From the NCBI GenBank assembly GCA_902634185.1, contig CACPJC010000002.1, positions 128,001 through 192,000 on the forward strand: a stretch of 64,000 bases of DNA. The letters are read 5' to 3'. Below are positions 1 to 10,032 of the stretch, piece by piece; the first letter of the stretch is position 1; each line of letters starts with the position of its first letter. The notes beneath the pieces were generated by a model. That model made no database searches. It worked only from the letters and a program-made list of their open reading frames with translations, and was not told the origin of the DNA. The position numbers and the translations under genes were made by a program. This DNA is from an uncultured Candidatus Actinomarina sp. (GTDB lineage: Bacteria > Actinomycetota > Acidimicrobiia > Actinomarinales > Actinomarinaceae).

Positions 1-801
1 ATAAAAAACTATTCTCTTATTGTTGCCAAAGCCAGTAAAAAAAGCATTGCCGTGTGAGCTTCTTAGGCTAGCGTTCATAACAAAAAGACCTTTTGCTTTA
101 AATTTCACTTTCTCTAAAAGTTTTTCTATTGGTTTTTTAAATTGCTCATCATCAAGAGGCTCAAATTTATTAAATAAAGGCATTATAAGTACTGGATAAA
201 GAAAGAAAATAATCAACTGTATTGAAAATACTGCACCAAAAGCAAAAATCCACCAATTGCTTCCTAAATTTTCAATTATTCCAATGACGACAGCATAAAT
301 TGAACAAGAGATTACAGATGAGATAATCAGATTTTTAAAAATATCTGTCACAAACGTTTTTTTGGTTGTCTTATTAAAACCATATTTTTCCTCAATGACA
401 AATGTTGAATATATAGCTAATGGGATTTCGAGTATTTCTGAAATAATAATAATAAAAAAACCGAGAAGAATAGCACCTAGTATGTTTGATGAAGTTATTC
501 CGAGAACAATTTGAGTTAACCAACTAAGCAATCCCCCAAGGGTTAGAAGTAGGAGGATAAGTATACTTACAAAAGAAACAAGGATCTGAAACTTTAACCT
601 ATCAAGGTTGTAGTCTGTAGATTTTTTATATTCTTCACTGTTAACAATATTTTCAAATCTTTTTGGAACTCTTCCTTCGTTTTGTTTTATAGAGTTTATG
701 TTTCGATATTTTAAATATGTCTCAATTGTAAATTTCAAACCTATAAACAAAATAAATAGCGTTGTGAAATTAATTGATTCTATAGTGTTGAGAATTTCCA
801 T
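1..801 (-). CDS. M48 family (Ste24/CAAX-type) zinc metalloprotease, runs off window start
   Basis: Hand-translated from ATG at 801: MEILNTIESINF..., multiple TM segments, motifs YSTFVIEEKYGFNK and RSSHGNAFFTGFGNNKRIVF typical of M48A. Confidence 0.85.
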   Translation of the reverse strand, partial: MEILNTIESINFTTLFILFIGLKFTIETYLKYRNINSIKQNEGRVPKRFENIVNSEEYKKSTDYNLDRLKFQILVSFVSILILLLLTLGGLLSWLTQIVLGITSSNILGAILLGFFIIIISEILEIPLAIYSTFVIEEKYGFNKTTKKTFVTDIFKNLIISSVISCSIYAVVIGIIENLGSNWWIFAFGAVFSIQLIIFFLYPVLIMPLFNKFEPLDDEQFKKPIEKLLEKVKFKAKGLFVMNASLRSSHGNAFFTGFGNNKRIVFY

Positions 802-812
802 ATCAAACAATA

Positions 813-1058
813 TTAACTGTTTTGACGGTATCTAAATAATTTTTTGATAGTAAAAATAAAAAAACTAAGACTTGATACGAGTAAAGAGATCATTGATAGT
901 GGTAGCCCTAAATTATCCTGTACAACGCAACCGTTAATTCCCTCTTGTTCTATGCATTCACCTCCACCAAGTACTTGATAAATAATCCCGAAAACAAAAA
1001 ATAAAAGCAAAAAAAATAAACCAGTTTTTAGAAGATTATCTAGGTTCCTTATCTTCAT
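813..1058 (-). CDS. small two-TM hypothetical protein
   Basis: 81 aa ORF, two hydrophobic segments around a Cys-Cys loop; overlaps upstream stop (ATGA). Confidence 0.6.
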   Translation of the reverse strand: MKIRNLDNLLKTGLFFLLLFFVFGIIYQVLGGGECIEQEGINGCVVQDNLGLPLSMISLLVSSLSFFIFTIKKLFRYRQNS

Positions 1059-1819
1059 TTACCAAATCTTCTATCCCGCTGAACATATTCTCTAAGACAC
1101 CTTAAAAAATCAATCTTCCTGAATTCAGGCCAATAAACATCTTGAAAAACAACTTCAGAATAAGCACTTTGCCAAAGTAAAAATCCAGACAGTCTTGATT
1201 CACCACTAGTTCTAATTATCAAATCGATATCTGGTGATTCAGGAGAGTATAAATGGTCTCTTATTTGTTCATCATTAATGCTTTTTATTAAATCATCTAT
1301 TTCTAATTCTTTATTTTCTTTGAGTAAGCTCTTTATGGCATCAACTATTTCCTGTCTGCCGCCGTAACCCAGAGCAATTGTAAGGATTTTTTCACCTCCG
1401 CCTCTGATTTCTTGTAATTGTTTAATTGAGCTTTGAAGATATTCTGGAAGTAAATCAATGCTTCCTACAAAGTTTATTTTAAAATTATCAACTAAGTCAT
1501 CTATAAGTAATTCTTGAAATAGTTCATTTAAAACAAGATAGTAAGAATTTAATTCCTCCTCTGGTCTTGATAAGTTTTCTTTAGAAAGCAACCAACTTGT
1601 AACATGATTAATTCCAAGCTCATCACACCAGGCTAAACACTCTTTAAATCGGACCATTCCAATCCTATAAGAAACTTCATAAGTAAGGAGGTTTTCCCTT
1701 CTTGCATAACGTCTATGTCCATCATGAATTAGGCCGATGTGTTGTGGAAGGTTTTCATTTTTTATTTTGTTTTGAAGTCTATTTTCATATACAGAGTAGA
1801 CAAATCTAGGAGTGACCAT
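1055..1819 (-). CDS. uppS: cis-prenyltransferase (UppS family, actinobacterial short-chain type)
   Basis: PQHIGLIHDGHRR, SKENLSR, YGGRQEI, IRTSGESRLSGFLLWQ, RRFGK. Confidence 0.9.
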   Translation of the reverse strand: MVTPRFVYSVYENRLQNKIKNENLPQHIGLIHDGHRRYARRENLLTYEVSYRIGMVRFKECLAWCDELGINHVTSWLLSKENLSRPEEELNSYYLVLNELFQELLIDDLVDNFKINFVGSIDLLPEYLQSSIKQLQEIRGGGEKILTIALGYGGRQEIVDAIKSLLKENKELEIDDLIKSINDEQIRDHLYSPESPDIDLIIRTSGESRLSGFLLWQSAYSEVVFQDVYWPEFRKIDFLRCLREYVQRDRRFGK

Positions 1820-1821
1820 AA

Positions 1822-3246
1822 TTAACTACAAATTGCTTCAACGTCTTCAATAGATTTTGGTGCTTCCTCAGTCAAATTAATTGGTTCATCATCAGTGCAA
1901 ACAATATCATCTTCGATACGGATTCCAATTCCAAGAAGGTCTTTTGGAATTTTGTGCTTTATAGATTTGGCATCTTTAATTTCTTCATTTTCTAATTTTG
2001 TCGCTTTCTCCATACCAAGAAGCTTTCTTCTTTCTCTTATTTCTTTTGGGTCTCTTTCAAGTAATTTAAACTCGATTTCAGGTTTGTTTGGTCTTATATA
2101 GATACCTGGCTCGACTGTGGTAACCATACCTGGCATTAATTTTCTTGGCTTATTGTTTTCTTCTACACTTCCTGCGTCGTGAACGTCTAAACCTAACCAG
2201 TGTCCGGTTCCATGCATAAAAAATTCAAAATAATGCATCATAGAAATTGTTTCATCAACCCCCATTGGGACCAATCCTAAATCAACCAATGATTGAGAAA
2301 TTGATGACACTGCTAATTTATGTATATCAGACATTGTATTTTTTGTGTTGACACTATTTATCCCAAGAGTTTGAGCTTTTAGTACTTCTTGATAAACATC
2401 TTTTTGTGGAGCTGAAAATTTCCCATTTATTGGAAATGTTCTAGTCACATCCGAAGAATACATATTATATTCTGCTCCAGCGTCAATTAAAACTAAACCG
2501 CTATTGTCAACTTTTTCTCTATTTGTTGAGTAATGAAGGATGCATGCGTTATCTCCAGATGCAACAATTGACGGATAGCCAAGTCTTTCAGCACCTAGAT
2601 CATAAAATGTTTTTTCCATTTCCGCTTCAATTTGGTACTCAAACATATTTTTTTGAGCGTACTGCATTGCCACTTTGTGTCCTTCAACTGTAATTTCACA
2701 GGCTTTTTTCAAATAATTAATTTCATCTTCATTTTTTATAAGTCGAAGCTCAGAAAGTATTGGAGAAAGCGGTCTTAGTGATGCATCACTGAAACTAGAT
2801 CCTCTTTGGTCATATGGAGTTGCCTGATTAATTATTTTTTTATCGTATTTTTCGAAAGAATTATTTGAGTAATTACAGTAAATATTTTGTATTCCTGAGA
2901 GTAGTTTTGGGGCTATTTTTTCATAATCGTCATAAGTAAAAGCGTCTGTTGCACCAAAGAGTTTTTTTGCGCCCTCTGGTCCCAATCTTTTTCCATCCCA
3001 GGTTTCCATTTCTACATTTCTATCCTGAACAAATAGATAGAGATCTGGTTGTTTATTTTTAATGATGATTATTGCATGAGCAAATGGCTCTGGCCAGGCT
3101 GTTAAATAATGAAAGTTTGAATCTTGTCTAAAATCAAAGGCTACATCATTGTTTCTATAAATTGTATTGTTTCCATGTAAAAGAACAGCTCCTTCACCTA
3201 TTTCTTTAGCAAGATTTTCTCTATTTAATTTTGATAATTCCATCAT
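1822..3246 (-). CDS. pepP: Xaa-Pro aminopeptidase
   Basis: FRQDSNFHYLT, LIDAG, SDVTRT, HGTGHWLGLDVHD, TVEPGIY, GIRIEDD. Confidence 0.9.
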   Translation of the reverse strand: MMELSKLNRENLAKEIGEGAVLLHGNNTIYRNNDVAFDFRQDSNFHYLTAWPEPFAHAIIIIKNKQPDLYLFVQDRNVEMETWDGKRLGPEGAKKLFGATDAFTYDDYEKIAPKLLSGIQNIYCNYSNNSFEKYDKKIINQATPYDQRGSSFSDASLRPLSPILSELRLIKNEDEINYLKKACEITVEGHKVAMQYAQKNMFEYQIEAEMEKTFYDLGAERLGYPSIVASGDNACILHYSTNREKVDNSGLVLIDAGAEYNMYSSDVTRTFPINGKFSAPQKDVYQEVLKAQTLGINSVNTKNTMSDIHKLAVSSISQSLVDLGLVPMGVDETISMMHYFEFFMHGTGHWLGLDVHDAGSVEENNKPRKLMPGMVTTVEPGIYIRPNKPEIEFKLLERDPKEIRERRKLLGMEKATKLENEEIKDAKSIKHKIPKDLLGIGIRIEDDIVCTDDEPINLTEEAPKSIEDVEAICS

Positions 3247-3291
3247 TCAAATAAGGATAATGTAGATAAGTAGAAAATTGCTAGTAGATTT

Positions 3292-3753
3292 TTATATCAG
3301 ATACGAATCAAGTGATTTTGAAATTAAAATTGCCTCTTTATTTCCATAAGAAATGATCAAAACAACATTATCACCTGCTATCGAAGCTGCTATATCATCT
3401 ATATATAAATTATCTATTGCTTCGGCAACCACTTGAGCCGCAGCAGTTGTTGTTTTTATAATGACTTGGTTAGAAACTGGTTCAACGCTTACAACAAAAT
3501 CCCTTAAAGCTTTTTTAGCGATTGATTTTTGGGCACTATTTATATCATCTTTTGGAAGAATATATTTTAAATTATTTTTTGAATCTCTTTTTTTACTTGC
3601 GCCAATTTCCGTAAGGTCTCTAGATAGAGTGGCTTGCGTAATTGAGATACCACTATTTTTTAAGATTCCCTTTAATTGATTCTGGGAAGTAATTTTTCCT
3701 TCTTCAATTAAATCAGCAATTAATTTTTGTCGTTGTATGGTTGATTTTGACAT
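3292..3753 (-). CDS. argR: arginine repressor
   Basis: TQATLSRDL HTH and SIAGDN C-terminal motif. Confidence 0.9.
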   Translation of the reverse strand: MSKSTIQRQKLIADLIEEGKITSQNQLKGILKNSGISITQATLSRDLTEIGASKKRDSKNNLKYILPKDDINSAQKSIAKKALRDFVVSVEPVSNQVIIKTTTAAAQVVAEAIDNLYIDDIAASIAGDNVVLIISYGNKEAILISKSLDSYLI

Positions 3754-3754
3754 T

Positions 3755-3788
3755 TGTATAAATATACATTATTTTGAATATTTATACA
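3755..3788. promoter_or_regulatory. two tandem ARG boxes upstream of argR
   Basis: TGTATAAATATACA (3755-3768) and TGAATATTTATACA (3775-3788), 20 bp apart, match the TGnATAnnnATnCA ArgR operator. Confidence 0.8.
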
Positions 3789-3789
3789 A

Positions 3790-5163
3790 CTAAAGTTTTT
3801 TGTAAACTTCCTTGGCTAATTTAATTGCTTCGTCTTTTGAAACTTCACCTTCATTAATTCTTTGTTCATACAAAGACTCCATTATTTTTCCTAGGGTTGG
3901 GCCTGGTTCAATTTTTAAAATTTTCATAATTTCATTTCCATTCACGGGAGGCCTTAATTTATCAAGTTCTTCTTTTTCCTTAACTTCTTTAATTCTTTGT
4001 TCCATATCATCAAGTGTTTTATATATATCTTGTTTTTTTTGTTTATTTTTAGTTGTGACGTCTGCTCTAACTAGTGCATTTAAATCATCAAGCATATGTC
4101 CGGCGTCAACAATATATCTTCTTACTGCAGAATCTGTCCATCCCATCTTAAAAGTATGTGGGCGCGCGCTCTGTTCTACAAGCTGTGCTACATCTTCAAT
4201 TGTTTTATTGTCATACTTCAATCGTTTTAATATTTTTTTTGTCATTCTTGCACCAACTACTTCGTGGTGTCTGAAGTGAACTTTGCCATTTTCTATACCT
4301 TTAGTATTTGGTTTGGCAATATCATGCAGAAGTGCTCCCATTCTTAGTGTGAATTTTGGTGGTACCCCATCTAAAACTTCTAATGAGTGTTCGTAAACAT
4401 CTTTGTGGTGGTGTTTTGGATCAACTTCCATTTTAAGTTCATTTATTTCTGGAATGATATGCAAACTTAAACCGCTTTCAACTAAAGCGCGGATACCCAT
4501 TGGAGCGTCTTTGCCGAGTAAGAGTTTAGTAATTTCATCTCTGACTCTTTCAACTGATACTATTTTGATTCTTTCGGTATTGTTTCTAATTGCTGTATAG
4601 GTATCGTTATCAGGTGAAAATCCATGAGTGCTTATGAACCTGCATAGCCTTAACATTCTAAGAGGGTCGTCTGAAAATGAAATAACTGGGTCATCAGGAG
4701 TTTTAATTATTCCTTGAGCTAAATCTTTAAGTCCGAAAAATGGATCAAGAAGTTCGTTTTTGTTAATCGAATAAGCTATCGAATTAATTGTGAAATCTCT
4801 TCTAGAAAGGTCTGAATTTAAATCTGGTACTGATTGTATAGATGGGTTTCTTGAAGAATTTTCATATATATCCTTCCTATAAGTTGTTATGTGAATTGAA
4901 CTTTCTTTAAGTTGTAACTCAATGGTTCCAAATGCTCTCCCCACTTCTGTAGTTTTATACCCTTCATCATTCAGTATTTTTATAGATTCTTCTGGTGATG
5001 CATTAGTTGTGAAATCAAAATCTTTTGTAGGAATGTTTAAAATACCATCTCTTACAGCACCCCCAACAAGATAAAAATCATATCCACTTGATTCGTAAAG
5101 GTTTGATAGAGATTTTAAATATCTATTATTGTCAATTAAATCTGAAAGACTTCTTGGTACCAT
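3790..5163 (-). CDS. CCA tRNA nucleotidyltransferase with HD domain
   Basis: VGGAVRD, DFDFTT, DLSRRDFTIN, DDPLRMLR, LLHDIAKP. Confidence 0.92.
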   Translation of the reverse strand: MVPRSLSDLIDNNRYLKSLSNLYESSGYDFYLVGGAVRDGILNIPTKDFDFTTNASPEESIKILNDEGYKTTEVGRAFGTIELQLKESSIHITTYRKDIYENSSRNPSIQSVPDLNSDLSRRDFTINSIAYSINKNELLDPFFGLKDLAQGIIKTPDDPVISFSDDPLRMLRLCRFISTHGFSPDNDTYTAIRNNTERIKIVSVERVRDEITKLLLGKDAPMGIRALVESGLSLHIIPEINELKMEVDPKHHHKDVYEHSLEVLDGVPPKFTLRMGALLHDIAKPNTKGIENGKVHFRHHEVVGARMTKKILKRLKYDNKTIEDVAQLVEQSARPHTFKMGWTDSAVRRYIVDAGHMLDDLNALVRADVTTKNKQKKQDIYKTLDDMEQRIKEVKEKEELDKLRPPVNGNEIMKILKIEPGPTLGKIMESLYEQRINEGEVSKDEAIKLAKEVYKKL

Positions 5164-5201
5164 ATTGTTAGCTTAGAAGAATTTTAGGGTAACAATAAAG
5201 T

Positions 5202-5636
5202 ATGAATTCAAAAGTTGATTTTGCAGCTGGTGGCATCGTTTTAATTGAAAACAAGATACTACTGGTAAAAAATAGATTAAGTGAAGAATATGTGGGTGAT
5301 TACGATTCTGGATTTTGGGGCTATCCAAAAGGTCATTTAGATGATCAAGAAACACCAATAAAAGCTGCAGAAAGAGAGGTTTATGAAGAAACTGGTTTTA
5401 AAGTTTCTGCTGTCGGAAATAAACCCATTGCAGAATCCCGTTATGAGATAAAAAAAGATGGTGAACCAGTTAAAAAAACTGTCTGGTTTTATGAAATGAA
5501 TGTTGTTGAAAGTTTTTCAAAAGAGCCTGATGATGAAATAGAGGAGATTGCCATTGTTCCCTTTGAAGAGGCCTTTGAATTATTAGCATATGAAGAAGAT
5601 AAAAAAATTTTAAAATATGTATTCAACAGAAAATAA
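5202..5636 (+). CDS. NUDIX hydrolase
   Basis: Nudix box PKGHLDDQETPIKAAEREVYEETG. Confidence 0.9.
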   Translation: MNSKVDFAAGGIVLIENKILLVKNRLSEEYVGDYDSGFWGYPKGHLDDQETPIKAAEREVYEETGFKVSAVGNKPIAESRYEIKKDGEPVKKTVWFYEMNVVESFSKEPDDEIEEIAIVPFEEAFELLAYEEDKKILKYVFNRK

Positions 5637-6324
5637 AAAGATTCATTACTTTTACAACGGAATATTTTATACAAGGAGTATTAATGAATTTGTTAATGAT
5701 ATATTGTTCCAGAAAATTTATGGAGGAGAGGGTCTTTTAAAAAAAATATTAAAAATATCAAAAAATTCAAACATTAGTTTTAGTTCGTCAATGGTAAATG
5801 AAAATTCAATTAAACCTTGGATTAAATCAGGATGGACCGTTAATCATAAATTAAATGTTTGTGTATTAAACCTTAGAAATTCAAACCACAGATATCCGAG
5901 TGACAATAAACATATAGAAATTAAAAAACTTGAAAATAAAGATATAGAATATTTGCTTGAATTAGATCATAAAATATTTGAAGATTATTGGAAAAATTCT
6001 AAATCAAGTTTTGAGGAAACTATGAAAAGCTGTAACAACAATTATTTATTTAAAAGTGGAGGCGAAAATAACCTTGATGGTTATGCAATTTTAGGAGAGA
6101 CTAGAAAGTTTACTTATCTTCAACGAATAGGAATAGTAAAGAGCTCTCAAGGATCGGGTCTTGGAAATAATTTACTTAATTGTGTAATTAGTTTTGCTGT
6201 TGAAAAAAAGTTTATAAATATGAAACTTAATACCCAAAGTGACAATATTGCCGCTCTAAATCTATATAAAAAAAACAAATTCGAGATTTCACCAAGGAAG
6301 CTTGTAATTATGAAAACTTCATGA
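5617..6324 (+). CDS. GNAT N-acetyltransferase
   Basis: QGSGLG acetyl-CoA motif; NIAALNLYKK. Confidence 0.8.
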   Translation: MYSTENKKIHYFYNGIFYTRSINEFVNDILFQKIYGGEGLLKKILKISKNSNISFSSSMVNENSIKPWIKSGWTVNHKLNVCVLNLRNSNHRYPSDNKHIEIKKLENKDIEYLLELDHKIFEDYWKNSKSSFEETMKSCNNNYLFKSGGENNLDGYAILGETRKFTYLQRIGIVKSSQGSGLGNNLLNCVISFAVEKKFINMKLNTQSDNIAALNLYKKNKFEISPRKLVIMKTS

Positions 6325-6352
6325 ATAGTTTTACATAGCTTATGATTAACTT

Positions 6353-6637
6353 ATGGAAGAAGATAGCTTTGTTGAATCGGTTGAGAGCTTAATAAAAAGT
6401 GTAAAAGATCTTATTGTTCGACCTGTAAAAAGACTTACTGGTTTTGCATCTTTAGGTTTACTACTTGTTGTATTATTAATCACTGCAGTAATATTTTTAT
6501 TCTCAGGAATATTAAAGATTATGCAAGGACTTGGTCTTTTACTAGGCGTTAACCCTACTGGATTTGCAATGGGTGCACTCGGCTTAGTATTTATGATTTT
6601 GTCATTGAATAGTTACAGAAAGAAAAAAAATGGATGA
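6353..6637 (+). CDS. small membrane protein
   Basis: 94 aa, two TM segments, overlaps trxB start. Confidence 0.7.
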   Translation: MEEDSFVESVESLIKSVKDLIVRPVKRLTGFASLGLLLVVLLITAVIFLFSGILKIMQGLGLLLGVNPTGFAMGALGLVFMILSLNSYRKKKNG

Positions 6638-7544
6638 TTTAGCAATAATTGGTTCTGGTCCTGCTGGGTATACAGCTGGAATTTATGCTGCAAGGGCTAA
6701 CCTGGAACCAGTCTTATTTGAAGGGTTAGAGTCTGGTGGACAGTTAATGCTCACTACAGATGTTGAAAATTATCCAGGTTTTGATCAAGGAATTATGGGT
6801 CCTGAAATGATGCAGGTCTTTAAAAATCAAGCTGAAAGGTTTGGAACAAAAATTTTAACTGAGACTGTAGATTCAATAGAAAAGATTGAAAATGGATTTA
6901 AGCTAACAACTTCGAAAAATACTTATGAGTTCAAAACTGTAATTATTTCATCTGGAGCATCTGCGAACTGGCTTGATGTAAAGGGAGAAAAAGAGCTACA
7001 AGGACATGGTGTTTCGGCTTGTGCGACTTGTGACGGTTTCTTTTTCAAAGATAAAAATGTAATAGTTGTCGGTGGAGGAGATTCAGCTATGGAGGAAGCT
7101 TTATTTCTAACTAAATTCGCAAAAAATGTAACTGTTGTCCATAGAAGAGATTCATTTAGAGCAAGTAAAATTATGCAAGACAGGGTACTAAGTCACGATC
7201 AAATTGATGTCTCGTGGAACAAAGAAGTTGTGGAAATTAAAGGTGAGAGTCAAGTTTCATCTGTTCTTCTCAAAGATAGTCAAACAAACGAAATGGAAGA
7301 AAAAGAAATTGATGGAGTTTTCATAGCTATAGGACACACACCAAATGTAAGTTTTTTAAATGGATTTCTAGAGCTTGATGAAAAAGGATATATAAAGACT
7401 GGGTCTACTACTGCTACCAGTACTAGCGTCCCTGGTGTCTTTGCAGCAGGAGATGTTGCTGACTCAATTTATAGACAAGCCGTAACTGCAGCCGGTACCG
7501 GATGCCAAGCAGCAATTGATGCTGAAAGGTGGCTTGAAAATTAA
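6630..7544 (+). CDS. trxB: thioredoxin reductase
   Basis: GSGPAG, CATCDG, GGGDSA, GDV. Confidence 0.97.
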   Translation: MDDLAIIGSGPAGYTAGIYAARANLEPVLFEGLESGGQLMLTTDVENYPGFDQGIMGPEMMQVFKNQAERFGTKILTETVDSIEKIENGFKLTTSKNTYEFKTVIISSGASANWLDVKGEKELQGHGVSACATCDGFFFKDKNVIVVGGGDSAMEEALFLTKFAKNVTVVHRRDSFRASKIMQDRVLSHDQIDVSWNKEVVEIKGESQVSSVLLKDSQTNEMEEKEIDGVFIAIGHTPNVSFLNGFLELDEKGYIKTGSTTATSTSVPGVFAAGDVADSIYRQAVTAAGTGCQAAIDAERWLEN

Positions 7545-8484
7545 ATTTGATTTATCTTCTATTGTTGATAACTTATCGAATGAAGAAGTTGAAGACTTAA
7601 AAAATAAATTAAATTATGTTGGCTACTCAACCAATCAAGATGTTAACGAGTTAAAAACAGTTGTTGAAATATTTGTCGATGACAATAATTTAGAAAACAT
7701 AAAAAACAAAGAAGATCTTTGGAAAGAGCTCATTAATTTTGGATACAAACTTGGAGACAGAATATTAAGTTTTAATACTAAAGAACTCTATGGTTCAGAT
7801 GTTGAAGAACTCCAAGAACTTTTATCAAGAATGGGTTTTTATTCTCAACCTATCAACGGAATATATTCAAATTCTGTTGTTGAAGCTGTAACAAGATTCC
7901 AAGAAAACAGAGGCTTAACTATTGATGGGGTGGTTGGGCTTAATACTGTTTATGAAATTAGAAATTTGGTAAGGCCTGGTCAAGAGATCTCATTAAACGA
8001 AGCAATAAAGTCAATATCACCAAATCTTACTACTGGAACAATAGGTTTTAATGTTTGTTTTGATATTCCAAATTTAGGAACTTACAAAGAACAAATAAAA
8101 TTTTATGATCAGATAAAAAAGAGTTGCATAAATCATGGAATTATTTCGATATTTGCATCAGAAATTAATGAAGAACTAAATCTTGAAAACAAAATTCAAT
8201 ATATTAACAATCTTCAACCAACTTTATTTGTTTCATTTAATAACTCAGAAGAAGAATCAGTTAATTTCTTTAAAGGAAGGTTTTCTGAGAGTGTTGTTGG
8301 AAAAAAAGTTGCAGAACATTTATCTGAAACTTTGAAAATTGAATCAATAGGTAAGTCCTCAAACATTCTTAAAGAAACAAAATCAGTTGGAGTCGTCATA
8401 AATGGTAAATTTTACCAAAAATTACAAATTGATAATTTAATACAATCATTGGTTGATTCTTTAAAGAATCAATTTGAAAACTAA
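7516..8484 (+). CDS. peptidoglycan-binding protein, CwlM-like, with degenerate amidase domain
   Basis: GYKLGDR..GSDVEELQELL..FQENRGLTIDGVVG; trxB-cwlM-parB synteny. Confidence 0.75.
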   Translation: MMLKGGLKIKFDLSSIVDNLSNEEVEDLKNKLNYVGYSTNQDVNELKTVVEIFVDDNNLENIKNKEDLWKELINFGYKLGDRILSFNTKELYGSDVEELQELLSRMGFYSQPINGIYSNSVVEAVTRFQENRGLTIDGVVGLNTVYEIRNLVRPGQEISLNEAIKSISPNLTTGTIGFNVCFDIPNLGTYKEQIKFYDQIKKSCINHGIISIFASEINEELNLENKIQYINNLQPTLFVSFNNSEEESVNFFKGRFSESVVGKKVAEHLSETLKIESIGKSSNILKETKSVGVVINGKFYQKLQIDNLIQSLVDSLKNQFEN

Positions 8485-9278
8485 TTTATTTTATTAACAA
8501 ACTTATCTAGCTTATCTTTTGAATCAAAGGTAAAAGATAACTTATACTTTTCTTTGCTTTTATTTATTTTTACTTTTGATCCTGTTTTGTCCTCAAAAAA
8601 GTTTTTATAGTGAGTGACTTCTTGATCAGAAATTTTCTCACTACTAAGATCTCTTACTTTATCTTCTACCGCCCTACTTGAAAGCTTCAGAGAAATAATT
8701 TCATTTAGAATAGAGTTTTGTAAATTAAATTCTAAATTAATGAGTGGACGTACTTGCCCCATTGAGACTTTTTCTTCTTTTAAAGCTTGATAAACTATGT
8801 CGCTTAAATTTGTTAAACGTAGAATATTAGAAACGTGTGCTCTGCTTTTACCAACCAGTAGTCCTATTTCTTCAGGGCTTAGATTGAATTTTTCTGATAT
8901 TTCTTTATATCCCATTGCCTCATCAATATGGTTTAATCTTTCTCTTTGAATGTTCTCAACCAGGCCAACAATTGCTGCGTCTCTCTCGCTAATGTCTTTT
9001 ATGAGACAAGGTACTTTTTCTAGGCCGACCATTTTTGATGCTCTTAATCTTCTCTCTCCAGCAATTAACTTATATTTATTTGGCTCCACTTCTTGAACAA
9101 TTAGTGGCTGAAGTAAGCCATTTTTTTGGATTGAATTTTTTAACTCATTTAGTTTATTTTCGTCGAATGTTGTTCTTGCTTGAGAATTACTCTCAATAAT
9201 GTTTTGGACATTTATTTCTCTTACCTTATATTCTCTTACATCTGTATCAGTTATAAGACTGCTCAATGATCTTTTCAT
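8481..9278 (-). CDS. parB: chromosome partitioning protein ParB
   Basis: GLLQPL, IAGERRLRA, VENIQRE, HTH GKSRAHVSNILR. Confidence 0.95.
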   Translation of the reverse strand: MKRSLSSLITDTDVREYKVREINVQNIIESNSQARTTFDENKLNELKNSIQKNGLLQPLIVQEVEPNKYKLIAGERRLRASKMVGLEKVPCLIKDISERDAAIVGLVENIQRERLNHIDEAMGYKEISEKFNLSPEEIGLLVGKSRAHVSNILRLTNLSDIVYQALKEEKVSMGQVRPLINLEFNLQNSILNEIISLKLSSRAVEDKVRDLSSEKISDQEVTHYKNFFEDKTGSKVKINKSKEKYKLSFTFDSKDKLDKFVNKIN

Positions 9279-10032
9279 TAATATTCATCCTTTCTAATAA
9301 TTCATTAGCTAATTGATAAAACTCTTTTTTTGATTTGTTGTCATCGGTAAAATCTTCAACGGTTTTTAAATAATATGGGCTATCAGCAACATCTGCCGAG
9401 CTTGAAACTTTTGTATTTAAGAGTTTATCTGCCAACAAATACTCAAGTTCTTTTTTAAAATCAAGATAGCTTGATCTTCCACTTTCTATTTGGTTTAATA
9501 CAACACCCAGGAAAACGGGGTTAACTTTTATTTGTTTTGAAATTGTTTCTTTTGCAAAAGACATTGCTTGAGAAACTCCTTCTATTGCTAAAAATTCTGG
9601 TTTTGTTGGTATTAAATAGAAATCAGAAGCACACAATGCTTCTTGTACAAGTGAACTCATTGTTGGAGGTGTATCAAAAATTACTATATCAAAGTATTTA
9701 AAAACGAATGATTGCAGAGCCTTTGCTAGAACAGAACCTCCGATTATTTTTTCATTATTAAATTTTAAAATAGATTCATTTGAGGGAATTAAGGCTAAAT
9801 TATCACCAAGAAAAGCGATTTCTTTTTCCAATTTTCCTTCCATAAGATCCTGTGAAGTAAGTATTGATTTTTTTTGTTTATCAAAATCAAGATAAGTTGA
9901 CGTATTACCTTGTGGGTCTAAATCAACAATTAGTGTTTTTATTCCATTATTTGAATATATTTTTGCAATATTTACAACAATAGTGGTTTTTCCAACACCG
10001 CCCTTTTGACATAATATCGATAAAGATTTCAC
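9247..10032 (-). CDS. parA: ParA/Soj ATPase
   Basis: QKGGVGKTT, DLDPQGN, DTPP. Confidence 0.93.
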   Translation of the reverse strand: MKSLSILCQKGGVGKTTIVVNIAKIYSNNGIKTLIVDLDPQGNTSTYLDFDKQKKSILTSQDLMEGKLEKEIAFLGDNLALIPSNESILKFNNEKIIGGSVLAKALQSFVFKYFDIVIFDTPPTMSSLVQEALCASDFYLIPTKPEFLAIEGVSQAMSFAKETISKQIKVNPVFLGVVLNQIESGRSSYLDFKKELEYLLADKLLNTKVSSSADVADSPYYLKTVEDFTDDNKSKKEFYQLANELLERMNINEKIIEQSYN

